From positions 1 through 45,849 of the IMG/VR virus record IMGVR_UViG_3300014167_000122: a stretch of 45,849 bases of DNA; one strand, 5' to 3'. Of the stretch, positions 27,720 to 37,117 are shown one piece after another; within the stretch, counting starts at the first letter, position 1; every line of letters starts with the position of its first letter. The translations under genes were made by a program, and so were the position numbers. This stretch comes from a virus (taxonomy: Duplodnaviria; Caudoviricetes). The notes below the pieces were generated by a model. The model did no database searches, had not been told where the DNA came from, and saw only the letters and a list, made by a program, of their open reading frames with translations.

Positions 27720-29012
27720 ATGCCGTCTCCCAATTACACGACAGCACAATCGCAATTTCCTATCATGTTGCAGGTAGTGAACGACATGGTAGCGACTTCA
27801 CAGAACCTTGACCGAGGCATCGACAAGCGATTCCAGGCCGCCGGCACAATGGATATGGGCAAGGAAAAGTATCGTCACCCGATCCTGTTCGACGAAGGCG
27901 GGCAGCCCGGTTCCTACGATCCCGATGGCGGGCCGTACTTCACTGGCACCGGTCCCGAATACCAACAGTTCATCGTTGTGCCCATTCCGATTTTGATGGC
28001 GTTTGGCGCAACTGAATTGCTGGATCGCATCGAGAAGAGTTCGGGCCTCGAAGTAGTCAAGCCGATCAGCCGCATGGTTTCCAAGGCAAAGTCGAAGATG
28101 GCTCACGTCCGCTGCGCGCTCGCGCAGGGCTACAACCAGTTTGTCCTGGCGACGGTCGATACGTCTTACGCCGGCGGCAATACTGTCCAACTCGCTAACG
28201 TGCCCTTCGGCAACCGCTTGCTGGACATCAATAACATGGTGCTGGCAACCGATGCGTCCGGCAATTACAACGCGATCGGCACACCGACGATTCTCCAAAA
28301 GTCGAACTCGACCGCTGGCACAATCGACACCGTGACGCTCGATGCCGTACCCGCTGGCCTCGTGGCTGGTTCATCGTTCCTTCTGATGAATGCAACCTCG
28401 GGCGCTCCGCTTGGACCGCAGGGAATGCAGTACATGATTTCCGTGTCCAACGTGGGCGATGTCGACGGCATTTCTCGGACCCTGCCGCAGATGCAGGCAC
28501 CCGGCGTCAACGCGAACAATGCCACACTCACGCTCGGCATTATCACCGCGCTGAACGTCCGCCAGAAGCAAGCCGCTGGCCCTGATTCCGAAGAGGGACA
28601 GCGATTCTACTACACCCATAACGTGCAGCAGTCGACTGCGCAGCAGCTTGGTTTCGCAAAGACCACGCTGATGAGCACCAATGGGAAACTGGCAGACTTC
28701 GACATCGTGCCCAACCGCAATGCAAAGTGGATGATTGGCGACCAGGAAGTTGAGACTGACACGATGGCCGCGATCAACACTCTGTACGATGTCAGCGGTT
28801 CGCATCTGCGCAAGGTGCGTTACCCGGGCTCGCAGAAGTTCCTGCCCGGCACGTTGAACGGCCTCTGGTGGCCGCGCTACGAGGGCGGACAGGCAACGTC
28901 TGAGCGCGACATCCTATACCAGGACGCGTACAACTTCTACACCAATTACATCTGGTGTCACGCGGTGGTCAACAACTTGGGAATCAGTCCGGCAATGACT
29001 GCGCCGGTCTAG
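27720..29012 (+). CDS. Major capsid protein
   Basis: 430 aa after scaffold, AAAGGA RBS, strongly biased codons, followed by terminator. Confidence 0.75.
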   Translation: MPSPNYTTAQSQFPIMLQVVNDMVATSQNLDRGIDKRFQAAGTMDMGKEKYRHPILFDEGGQPGSYDPDGGPYFTGTGPEYQQFIVVPIPILMAFGATELLDRIEKSSGLEVVKPISRMVSKAKSKMAHVRCALAQGYNQFVLATVDTSYAGGNTVQLANVPFGNRLLDINNMVLATDASGNYNAIGTPTILQKSNSTAGTIDTVTLDAVPAGLVAGSSFLLMNATSGAPLGPQGMQYMISVSNVGDVDGISRTLPQMQAPGVNANNATLTLGIITALNVRQKQAAGPDSEEGQRFYYTHNVQQSTAQQLGFAKTTLMSTNGKLADFDIVPNRNAKWMIGDQEVETDTMAAINTLYDVSGSHLRKVRYPGSQKFLPGTLNGLWWPRYEGGQATSERDILYQDAYNFYTNYIWCHAVVNNLGISPAMTAPV

Positions 29013-29030
29013 TCTGTAACAAACCTGAGC

Positions 29031-29064
29031 CGCGCCGGGGTGAATAGCTCCGGCGCGAACTTTT
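29031..29064 (+). terminator. Intrinsic terminator after capsid gene
   Basis: CGCGCCGGGG / CTCCGGCGCG stem then AACTTTT. Confidence 0.7.
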
Positions 29065-29244
29065 ATGTCCGAAGAAATCGCGCTTCCTAAACACGTTACG
29101 CACGTTTGTTACAAGTCTCGCTCGGGCGAGATCAAAGAGTTTCAAGTGTTGCAACCGATGCACCCTGACAAGCGCACGTTAAGCCTTGCGGAGTTACAAC
29201 TCCTGGCGCGCGCGATTGCTAACGTGCTGAAAGAGGATGGCTGA
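29065..29244 (+). CDS. Small hypothetical protein (59 aa, absent from ORF track)
   Basis: MSEEIALPKHVTHVCYKSRSG...ANVLKEDG*; stop abuts GTG 29245; no clear RBS. Confidence 0.5.
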   Translation: MSEEIALPKHVTHVCYKSRSGEIKEFQVLQPMHPDKRTLSLAELQLLARAIANVLKEDG

Positions 29245-29934
29245 GTGTACGAAGATCGCCCCGAGAAGGACACACCGCAGCACATCCTTGACGACCTCCG
29301 CGAGTACGGTGGCCTCACACCCGATGGTCAAGCTATCTGGCGCTTAGTGCTCGCGGAAAACTGCCGCATCCACTGCTACGGGCAGCAGAACCATATCACC
29401 CGAGACACGCGCGAATTGCCGGATGACTTCCATCCGGTCAATGTGGTGCCCGACCGGACAGAAGTGGGCGAGTTTTGGGTGCCGCGCTATCGCGCAAAAG
29501 GCTGGATACTGCAACGCTGGTTCCCAGCCTCAGTCTGGGGATCTCGGGAAAGCTGGGAGACGGAGCGCGCGCAGGACGGGCGCACGCGATTGCTGGCTGC
29601 ATTTCCGAATCGTGGCGACTACATGATGATGCCGTGTGGACCGTGGAAGTCAATCGCGGCCGCAGGCGACATCAAGGCAGCTATTCGCTGCTACAACGCG
29701 CAGCAGCGGGCGAACCCGGTTAACTGGGTCAATGCGCAGCAAGCGATGGTCGCATGGGAAAAGCAGCGCAACGATGAGCAAGTGGAAGCCTTTGAGCAAG
29801 AACTGGAAGCACAACATCGACTGGGGATCTCGTCAGTCCTTCGTAGTGTAAGCACGAACGCGCAGCGGGTACGCAACCTGGTTGCGGAAACGGTTGGGGG
29901 CGTAAATCTGGGCGCAGCCGAGAAGTGGGGCTAA
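29245..29934 (+). CDS. Hypothetical Trp-rich phage protein
   Basis: GAGGA RBS, GTG start, 229 aa. Confidence 0.7.
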   Translation: MYEDRPEKDTPQHILDDLREYGGLTPDGQAIWRLVLAENCRIHCYGQQNHITRDTRELPDDFHPVNVVPDRTEVGEFWVPRYRAKGWILQRWFPASVWGSRESWETERAQDGRTRLLAAFPNRGDYMMMPCGPWKSIAAAGDIKAAIRCYNAQQRANPVNWVNAQQAMVAWEKQRNDEQVEAFEQELEAQHRLGISSVLRSVSTNAQRVRNLVAETVGGVNLGAAEKWG

Positions 29935-30165
29935 CCTCCACAGAACAGGAGGTGCCCATTGACAACTTTACTCCGACGAACGAGCAAATCTGCAACGCCG
30001 ATCCTGAACAGAAGGTTTACGTTACCTATTCTGATGCTGTTCGGGAACTGCCTTGCTACGTGCTCCTTCGCTCAGATCACCGCGCGCCGTGAGGCTACGT
30101 AGCGGCTAGGCGGAAGGCAATACGTAGCACATCTTTCCAAATCGTAACGCAAAAGGAGAATCGCA

Positions 30166-30456
30166 ATGTACGGAGCAGCAGAAACAAAAGTAGCAATGGA
30201 CCCGCGCACGCCGTTGCCAGTCCAAAAGATGGAGACGGTTGGCCAAGTGATAAACACGAGTATTTCTACGTTGGTTTCATGTCGAAGCGCTCTCGACGCC
30301 TTGTTGCAAAAATATCTTGGCCCGAGACCTTCCGATAACGCTAAGTGTCCCGAGCCGCCGCAACCGTGCCTTCGCAGCGATGTCGACAGCGTGCGGAGTC
30401 TCGCCAATGTCATCGAAAGGCAAATTACCGAACTCCATGAAATCCTCGGTTATTAG
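30166..30456 (+). CDS. Hypothetical protein
   Basis: AAGGAG RBS; followed by terminator. Confidence 0.65.
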   Translation: MYGAAETKVAMDPRTPLPVQKMETVGQVINTSISTLVSCRSALDALLQKYLGPRPSDNAKCPEPPQPCLRSDVDSVRSLANVIERQITELHEILGY

Positions 30457-30465
30457 TTGTTCAGC

Positions 30466-30491
30466 GGGCGGCTTCGTCCGCCCTTCTATTT
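30466..30491 (+). terminator. Intrinsic terminator
   Basis: GGGCGG-CTTCGT-CCGCCC then TTCTATTT. Confidence 0.65.
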
Positions 30492-30507
30492 ACAGGAGAA
30501 ACCCGAA

Positions 30508-31725
30508 ATGCCAGAGTTAAACGCAACGCCCGCAATTGAGATCGAACTGCCGCCGGATGCGCCTGCACGCGAAGGCGAGGACCAACTTACCGTCAACCTC
30601 GAAGATCGGATGCGCAAAGAGTCAGTTGTCTCTGCACTGCGCGCCGAACTGAAGCGGCTGGAAGGGACGGCCGCCGGGGAAATGGCGATGAAGTACGCGG
30701 GCGCAAAGTCAGCGCGCCGCCGCCAGCAGATCATGCGCGAAAAGCGCGAGGAATTAAAGAAAGGAACCTTTCGCCGGGACGATAGATGGGAAGGGCCATG
30801 CACGCCGGCCACCGTTCTAAACTTCAATCCCTTGGGATTGCACCTGTACGGGGAACTCCAGCGATGGAGTGTCCCCGCCGCGGGCGCGGGCAAGACAGTT
30901 GCCGTCACGCACCTGGGGCGCCGCTTTGTGGCCAGTTACATGACGTTGACGGAGCCGCACGTTTGGCCCGTCACTATCGGAACGCAAAACGATAACCTTG
31001 CCGGATTCGATGCGGCCGTGATCGAAGCGCGATACATTCCGCCAATCGGATTGGCGCACCAGTTTTATTCGCATTACGTTTCTGGCGCGGCCGACGCGCA
31101 ATTCATGGGCGGCGTAGTCATCTTCGAGGGTGACATTCACACCCTTGACGTGAAGCGGTTGGAGCGCAACGGCGGCCAAGTGTGGGTGCCGAAAGCCGAG
31201 ACAACGCTGGACGGCAGCGGGCGCGTGGTTTACACCGTCGAACGCGAATCGTTCCAGGTAAATCTCGAAGCGGCACTGCAGCAGCAGCGCGACTACGCGG
31301 AGAAAGTGATTGCCGAAGGTCACGCCTACGCAACCAGCAATTCGGACATTATCCGCAACCAGCAGAGCAACTATCACGTTCTCTGGCATAACTGGGCGCT
31401 GGCAATGAAATACAAGACGGAGCCGGAGCCGTGGGCATCGAAGCGGTTGCACGACTCTCCAAGCATCGAAGCGGTGTTTTGTCCCGACTGCCACGAACGG
31501 CAGAGCAACCCGGAACAATACTTCTGCAAGAATTGCAATTCACCATTCGATGCCTGCAAAGCGTTTCTTGCCGGTAAGACAGTCAGCGCCGACCGGCTGG
31601 CGTCCTACGATGCCGACAGCAAAGAGTTTGCGTTGATTCTGGCGGAAACAAAGCGGCGCCGCGCCAACATCGCGCTACTTGAATTGCCGGACGATGAACC
31701 GAAGAAGAAGAAGAAAGAGAACTAG
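30508..31725 (+). CDS. Hypothetical protein with C-terminal double Zn ribbon
   Basis: AGGAG RBS before ATG 30508; CPDC...CKNC. Confidence 0.7.
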   Translation: MPELNATPAIEIELPPDAPAREGEDQLTVNLEDRMRKESVVSALRAELKRLEGTAAGEMAMKYAGAKSARRRQQIMREKREELKKGTFRRDDRWEGPCTPATVLNFNPLGLHLYGELQRWSVPAAGAGKTVAVTHLGRRFVASYMTLTEPHVWPVTIGTQNDNLAGFDAAVIEARYIPPIGLAHQFYSHYVSGAADAQFMGGVVIFEGDIHTLDVKRLERNGGQVWVPKAETTLDGSGRVVYTVERESFQVNLEAALQQQRDYAEKVIAEGHAYATSNSDIIRNQQSNYHVLWHNWALAMKYKTEPEPWASKRLHDSPSIEAVFCPDCHERQSNPEQYFCKNCNSPFDACKAFLAGKTVSADRLASYDADSKEFALILAETKRRRANIALLELPDDEPKKKKKEN

Positions 31726-32490
31726 ATGCCTCAAGACTCTCCACTTCCAAATACGCTTGGCGATGTAGTCGCACGTTGTCAGTCCCTCATGGGAGACCCG
31801 CAAGGTAAGTGGGTGACGCGCGGCTATCTCATGCCGTTGATTCAGCAAGCGTATGAGGACTTGGAAAGTTGCATCAAGAACGCCAGCGGGAAAAACCTCG
31901 AAGCCGTCATTGAAGTTTTGGAAATCCCGCCCGGCACTTCCTCGCTCTTCCCCTACCAGCAGTGGGTTGCGGTTCCGACCAACAACCGTGGCCCACTGTT
32001 CGGCCTCTCAGATCCGCTCAAGCTCTGGGCTAAAACTGCCGGCCAGCAACCGCAGTTCTATACATTGGCGACGGGACCGCGGGATACCTTGCCGCACGTC
32101 AACCCTCCCGGTTTGACGCCTGGGACATACGAATGTCAGGTAACGTGGGCGTGGATTGGCAACCAACTGTCAATTACTCCGGTGGCTGGTCCGGTCGACG
32201 TTCAGGTTTACGGACGGTTCAACGCGCCGCCACTGGTCAGCGATAGTGACCGGCTGGTGCTCTATCCCAAAATGACTGCTGTGCTTTCATACGCCTCCTG
32301 TTCGTTGGTGGGCGTAGAGCGATCTAATCCCGCCGTTCTGCAGGGGTACATGGAGCGCGCGACAGCGATGACGGACAACATCGTCGCGGACATTATTCGA
32401 CAGTCCCAGGCCAACCCGCGGCGCGTAGCCATCATGTGCGATGCCGGTGGCTATCGCTGGGGCTGGGGCACAGGATCAGGCTGGTTCTAA
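31726..32490 (+). CDS. Head-tail adaptor-like protein
   Basis: TLGDVVARCQSLMGD...LIQQAYEDL helical start, size and position typical of adaptors. Confidence 0.55.
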   Translation: MPQDSPLPNTLGDVVARCQSLMGDPQGKWVTRGYLMPLIQQAYEDLESCIKNASGKNLEAVIEVLEIPPGTSSLFPYQQWVAVPTNNRGPLFGLSDPLKLWAKTAGQQPQFYTLATGPRDTLPHVNPPGLTPGTYECQVTWAWIGNQLSITPVAGPVDVQVYGRFNAPPLVSDSDRLVLYPKMTAVLSYASCSLVGVERSNPAVLQGYMERATAMTDNIVADIIRQSQANPRRVAIMCDAGGYRWGWGTGSGWF

Positions 32491-32514
32491 CAACTTCCAC
32501 AGGAGGAAACAACA

Positions 32515-32913
32515 ATGTCAGTGCAACTCGCTTACGCCGGTGAAGGCGAATACAACAATACAAAAGCACTCTTCTTCACCGCTACTTTTAAGGGGAACTA
32601 TGGTGTCAACGGCACCGGCGACCTCATCAACCTTGAACCCTCGCAGAACAACGGCGCGGACGGCGGAGTCACAGATCCGAGCCTCGCCTACAACCTGATT
32701 CTCACGCAGCCACCGAAAATCATGGGTGTGATCAACGAAGCGATTGGCGGCTCTTACGTCGCCGTCAACATTCCTGCGAAGCCAACGCTTACCAACATCG
32801 GCCTCATCATGTACGAGCCGGGCGGGACAGAGAAAGCGACAAACGCTGCTTACACGGCAGCAGAACTCGCCGGCAACGTCACACTGGTTGCATACGTTCG
32901 CTCAGAGCAGTAA
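32515..32913 (+). CDS. Small putative structural protein
   Basis: AGGAGG RBS; beta-rich 132 aa. Confidence 0.65.
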   Translation: MSVQLAYAGEGEYNNTKALFFTATFKGNYGVNGTGDLINLEPSQNNGADGGVTDPSLAYNLILTQPPKIMGVINEAIGGSYVAVNIPAKPTLTNIGLIMYEPGGTEKATNAAYTAAELAGNVTLVAYVRSEQ

Positions 32914-32938
32914 AAGCCGCCAGCGTCAGACTGGCGGC
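32912..32938 (-). terminator. Intrinsic terminator for the minus-strand gene
   Basis: GCCGCCAG/CTGGCGGC stem; AAAA at 32912-15 gives a U-tract on the minus strand. Confidence 0.65.
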
Positions 32939-32945
32939 CAAGGTA

Positions 32946-33176
32946 TCACGGTTTACGCGGTGCTTCGCAAAACTGAATCAGGCTTGGGACTGATGGCTCG
33001 TAACCATCCGACCACGCCAGTTCGAGAATCACTGCGGGGACACAGCGCAATGCCTGCAACTGTTCGCGGGCATGCGCATCCTGAAAGATTCGCTGCTTCC
33101 ACTTCTCCAGCGAAAGAGTTGGTACAGGTTGAGGTGGTGGGTTGGGTGCTAGGTGCGGAATTGTCGCAGTTGCCAT
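32946..33176 (-). CDS. Antisense moron-like 76-aa protein
   Basis: Minus strand reads GGAAAGGACTTGCTATG (RBS + ATG); fills an otherwise empty gap; own terminator. Confidence 0.65.
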   Translation of the reverse strand: MATATIPHLAPNPPPQPVPTLSLEKWKQRIFQDAHAREQLQALRCVPAVILELAWSDGYEPSVPSLIQFCEAPRKP

Positions 33177-33244
33177 AGCAAGTCCTTTCCATAGGTGTTT
33201 TGTTAGGAATGGCAACACTGTACGGAAGCGCACGTTTGAAAGTC

Positions 33245-33260
33245 TGAGCAATATTGCTCA
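33245..33260. promoter_or_regulatory. Perfect 16-bp palindrome, putative operator
   Basis: TGAGCAATATTGCTCA in an AT-rich segment between divergent genes. Confidence 0.6.
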
Positions 33261-33311
33261 CTAGAGGGTATTTATATCAATTGGTTTGGTCGTCCAGTCA
33301 ATCAAAATCGG

Positions 33312-36300
33312 ATGCTGGGATTAGTTGATTCGGACGATCCAACCAATCTTCCGGTTGGTCTAGCGTCGGTGTGCAATGAGTTTGATTTTACGAGAGAATC
33401 CGGCGGCCCAACTTGCGCCACGACTCGCGCCGGGAAAAACACGGCGATGCAGTGCATTGATGCGGCCGAGCCGGTTACTGGGCTATTCGGCTTCATCTAT
33501 TCGCCGGAAGGAATCACCGACCCGTTCTTTCAAATGCCGCTCGCGTTTCAACCAACGCAGGGCTCGCAGTACGAAAGCCCGGTTGGTTCGGGCCACATGG
33601 TCAAGTTTCCTCAGACCAATTTCACTGAGCCGCAGGGCGCGCACGCGATTCAAGCCAGTGCCGGCAACAAAGTGTTTTCCGCGTACAGCGATCTCACAAA
33701 GCCGCTGAGCGGACTGAGCACGATGGATCCGAAGGCGCTGACTCTCAACCCGTTTGGAATGAAGCCGGTCGGGTTTAACTGGGCGCCAGGAACGCCCGTA
33801 CTGGCAGGAGAAATCTGCACACCGTCAACACCCACGACCGGCAACGGCCACACGTACCAGGCAATGAACGCGGGAACAACCGCGGCGCAAGCGTCCCAGG
33901 AGCCTATCTGGCCGCTGACTGAATCTGGGACGGTGAACGATAACGGGATCGTTTGGCAAGAGCACACGATGGTGATTGCCAACCGCTTGCCGCCGCCAAG
34001 TGCGCCTGTTCTGACGCTGGCTGGTGGCGGTGGCTTCGCCATCAATGAGTTTGTGTACGTGATGATTACGTTTCTGAATCGGCAAGGCGAAACATTGCCA
34101 TCGACGCCGGTGCTGATAAAGACGCTGGCAGGTAGTTCGAGCGTCAATGTGCCTATTCCAGCACTCGCGCAACTGGCGGGATGGATTCGCGGGCTGGCCT
34201 ATATCTATGTTCCGACCGCGGCGAAGGTGTACGTCGCCAGCGCGCCGGTTGGCGGACCAGTTCCTCCGCAGAGCGAGTATCAACTGTATGGCTCGAGCGT
34301 AGCGTTGGGAACCGTGGTAAACGTCACAACGAACGGGACTGGCGCGGCGCCGCCTACGGTATGCTCGGCGCGAGTGACGCCCGGGCAGTTGCCGACGCCG
34401 ACAACTATCCCTGACATTCAACGTGTTCCGGCGGGCAGCGTAGTCAACCCGCCAGCGGTTCCAGCGGTGGTATTAGGCGGCTCGGGCAGTTCATTTACTG
34501 CCGGGCAGCAAACTTATCTCGCGTTCACATTGGTAAACGCCAATGGCGAGACAACGCCGAGCCCCCCGCTGGGCAGCAATCCTTACGGTCTATCGGTCGT
34601 CATCCAGTCCAACGGCCAGGGAATCGAAGTCATCATCGGCAACAATTATGGCTTGAGCGTTACCGGGATGAATGTCTATATCTGGAACGGGGGCGCCGCG
34701 GCACCGAATTTCAACCGCTACAACGCGACGCCGTATCCGCTTGGGACAACCCAAACAATTCTTGGACTTGGCTCTGGCCCGTACTTCCCGCTGGTCAATA
34801 CAGCGACGTTGCCTACTGGCAGCTTCCCCGCCGGGCGCGATGTGTACGTGGCGCAGACTTACACCAACGCGCAAGGCGAAACGACTCTTGGACCGTTGGC
34901 GAGCGTCATCAACACGAACGCCGATGACTTCATCGCCGTCACCGTGTCATATCCGCTTGGGCCAAATAACGAGCAACTTTATACGATTTCAAGTGTTGGG
35001 ATCTACGAAGCGGACGTTGCCACCGGAACACCCGCGCCTAACCCATCAGCCTTTGCTCTGGTGGGGTACTACCAGTCCGGCGCCACGCCGTTCATCCTTG
35101 ACACGGCCACAGGTGGACCGCCGCCGATCACCAACACGACTGGCCCGGGCGGAGCGATTGCGGCCGACACGTCGACGGGCGGCGCGAACGGCACGCAAGG
35201 CTATCGCTATGCTGCTTTTGGCTGGATCAACCAGATGGAGACTTTCTCCGGTTTTACGGAGGCAAGCGTGGTCTCCACCATCATCGACCTCGATGGATAC
35301 GAGATTGGTGTCTTTAATGTTCCCACTGGTCCGCCAAACATCGTTGGCCGGTACATCCCATTCTCGATCGCGGACGGCACCCAGGCAGGACCGTTCAACT
35401 GGATTGGATTGGTCGACTTGCAGGTTCCATCGCAGAATGTAGTCTATCCGCAGCAGACACTTGTGTTTAATGTGCAACAGTCTGCGACCGTATTCCTTGA
35501 CAATACAACAACTTCCGGCATTTTCAATTTCACAGACTCGTATCTGGTGAACTCTAATAACGTCGATGACCGGCTGGATATTACCATCCCTCCGCAGGGC
35601 GTGCGCGTCGACTACCTTGCCGGGCTTGATCGGTTGGCCATCACTGGCGTGCCGGGGTACTCAAGCGGGACGTGGATCAGCCTGGAAGCCGATTACGAGA
35701 GCTTCTACGGAGATTTGAGCCCGGTGCCCATATCGAGCGCGGGCGACGTTTGCTATGGCGTCACGGATGTCTACAAAGGTATTCCGTTCGCATTGATGAA
35801 GAGTGGGGGTTTTTCGCTGGGCGCGAATACGGGCGACCCGTCAAGCTGGTCGGCGATTCGGCGGTGGGGTGGAACGGATCCAGGGCAACAGTTAGGGCCA
35901 TGTGGGTTTCGGGCATGGTCGGCGTGCGGCAAGTTCATTATCTTCGCGCACCGGAGCGGGCTCTACAAGTACAGCGAGAGCGACCCGGACATGATGTCGA
36001 AAGAAGTGCCGAAGCTATGGAGCACGATCAACTGGGCGGCTGGGGACACGATCAGCGTTACCATCGACGAGGATACCCACACAGTTCATGTGCTGGTCCC
36101 AACTGGATCGAGCATGGTCCCGAATGCGGACTTTGTTCTCAGCTACATCGAAGGATGGAACAATCCCATTCACTTCTCGACTTTCTCAGGGCGCGAGATT
36201 TCGATGGATGCGGCGCGCCGGTGGTCTCCTTCGTGGACCGTCAGCGCCTTTATCTGTCTCAGGATGGAGCGGACCTTGCCGCCGGGCGGGAATGCCTACC

Positions 36301-36797
36301 TCAATGGCCCAAGTTTTGAGACGTTGCCCGATTCCAGTTTCGCGTTGACGCAACTGCTCTTTGCTTCGAGCGGTGGAGATGGAACCGTGCAGGCGCGCAC
36401 GCCAGGGATATTCTCGGACAACGGCAGCGGAATACCGTGGCAGTACGAGACGATGAGCTCGGGCATGATGCAGGCCGTGTGCAAGCCGGAAGGTTTCAAC
36501 CTGAACGCTTGCGGACAGGGGATTTGCATTCCTAGTTTCGTAGCGAGCCGGGAAATGGTAACGGACGAGGGCGGGGAGCCGAAACTGATCCAAGAGGAAG
36601 AAGAGGTAATGATGGATCAGATCGCGCTTAGCCCCAAGCAGGTAGCGGGGATTACGCGCAAGTGTACGCCGGCAGTCAACGAGTTTTGGCGCCCGCGATT
36701 CAATGGTGATGGGCAGCCCGGAACGTGGATTAGCCTGAAGGCAATGACTAGTTACGTGATTCCGTTCACGTTTGGGCGCGATCCGGGGGATAGATGA
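33312..36797 (+). CDS. Tail nozzle / packaged-DNA stabilisation-like protein with Ig-like inserts (true start may be ATC 33276)
   Basis: GLVDSDDPTNLPVG N-terminus and beta-propeller-like C-half typical of podovirus nozzle proteins; three NxxGET repeats. Confidence 0.6.
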   Translation: MLGLVDSDDPTNLPVGLASVCNEFDFTRESGGPTCATTRAGKNTAMQCIDAAEPVTGLFGFIYSPEGITDPFFQMPLAFQPTQGSQYESPVGSGHMVKFPQTNFTEPQGAHAIQASAGNKVFSAYSDLTKPLSGLSTMDPKALTLNPFGMKPVGFNWAPGTPVLAGEICTPSTPTTGNGHTYQAMNAGTTAAQASQEPIWPLTESGTVNDNGIVWQEHTMVIANRLPPPSAPVLTLAGGGGFAINEFVYVMITFLNRQGETLPSTPVLIKTLAGSSSVNVPIPALAQLAGWIRGLAYIYVPTAAKVYVASAPVGGPVPPQSEYQLYGSSVALGTVVNVTTNGTGAAPPTVCSARVTPGQLPTPTTIPDIQRVPAGSVVNPPAVPAVVLGGSGSSFTAGQQTYLAFTLVNANGETTPSPPLGSNPYGLSVVIQSNGQGIEVIIGNNYGLSVTGMNVYIWNGGAAAPNFNRYNATPYPLGTTQTILGLGSGPYFPLVNTATLPTGSFPAGRDVYVAQTYTNAQGETTLGPLASVINTNADDFIAVTVSYPLGPNNEQLYTISSVGIYEADVATGTPAPNPSAFALVGYYQSGATPFILDTATGGPPPITNTTGPGGAIAADTSTGGANGTQGYRYAAFGWINQMETFSGFTEASVVSTIIDLDGYEIGVFNVPTGPPNIVGRYIPFSIADGTQAGPFNWIGLVDLQVPSQNVVYPQQTLVFNVQQSATVFLDNTTTSGIFNFTDSYLVNSNNVDDRLDITIPPQGVRVDYLAGLDRLAITGVPGYSSGTWISLEADYESFYGDLSPVPISSAGDVCYGVTDVYKGIPFALMKSGGFSLGANTGDPSSWSAIRRWGGTDPGQQLGPCGFRAWSACGKFIIFAHRSGLYKYSESDPDMMSKEVPKLWSTINWAAGDTISVTIDEDTHTVHVLVPTGSSMVPNADFVLSYIEGWNNPIHFSTFSGREISMDAARRWSPSWTVSAFICLRMERTLPPGGNAYLNGPSFETLPDSSFALTQLLFASSGGDGTVQARTPGIFSDNGSGIPWQYETMSSGMMQAVCKPEGFNLNACGQGICIPSFVASREMVTDEGGEPKLIQEEEEVMMDQIALSPKQVAGITRKCTPAVNEFWRPRFNGDGQPGTWISLKAMTSYVIPFTFGRDPGDR

Positions 36798-37117
36798 GCC
36801 TAGCCAAACTACAAGCACGCGACACCGCGAGAGAGGAACGAACCCGCATCATTGTTCGTGCAGCAGTTGAACGTTTTCGAGCTAAGAATCGCGCTGCCGG
36901 ATTATGTCAGTGCGGTGGTGATCGTCGGAATGGCAAGAGAACTTGTGAAAGGTGTTACTCGTTGTCTCGTAAATACTATGCCGAAATGAAGGCAAACCAT
37001 TGGTGTGTCGGATGCGGCATCGAACTTACGGGATCACGCGCGCAGTTTGTCTACTGTAGGGAGTGTACGAAACATCGAACAGAATCCAGCAGGGCACGGA
37101 GACAGAAGGCGGCATGA
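36794..37117 (+). CDS. Small basic Cys-rich Zn-finger protein
   Basis: CQC..CERC..CVGC..CREC; ATGA overlaps at both ends. Confidence 0.65.
   Translation: MSLAKLQARDTAREERTRIIVRAAVERFRAKNRAAGLCQCGGDRRNGKRTCERCYSLSRKYYAEMKANHWCVGCGIELTGSRAQFVYCRECTKHRTESSRARRQKAA

Noticed and set aside
29935-30165. tRNA gene
   Set aside because: No cloverleaf or TTCGA T-loop in the proper context; kept only as a structured-RNA candidate
32953-33261. Alternative 102-aa minus-strand ORF, and + ORF 32744-33178
   Set aside because: No RBS; the 32946-33176 frame has a clear Shine-Dalgarno
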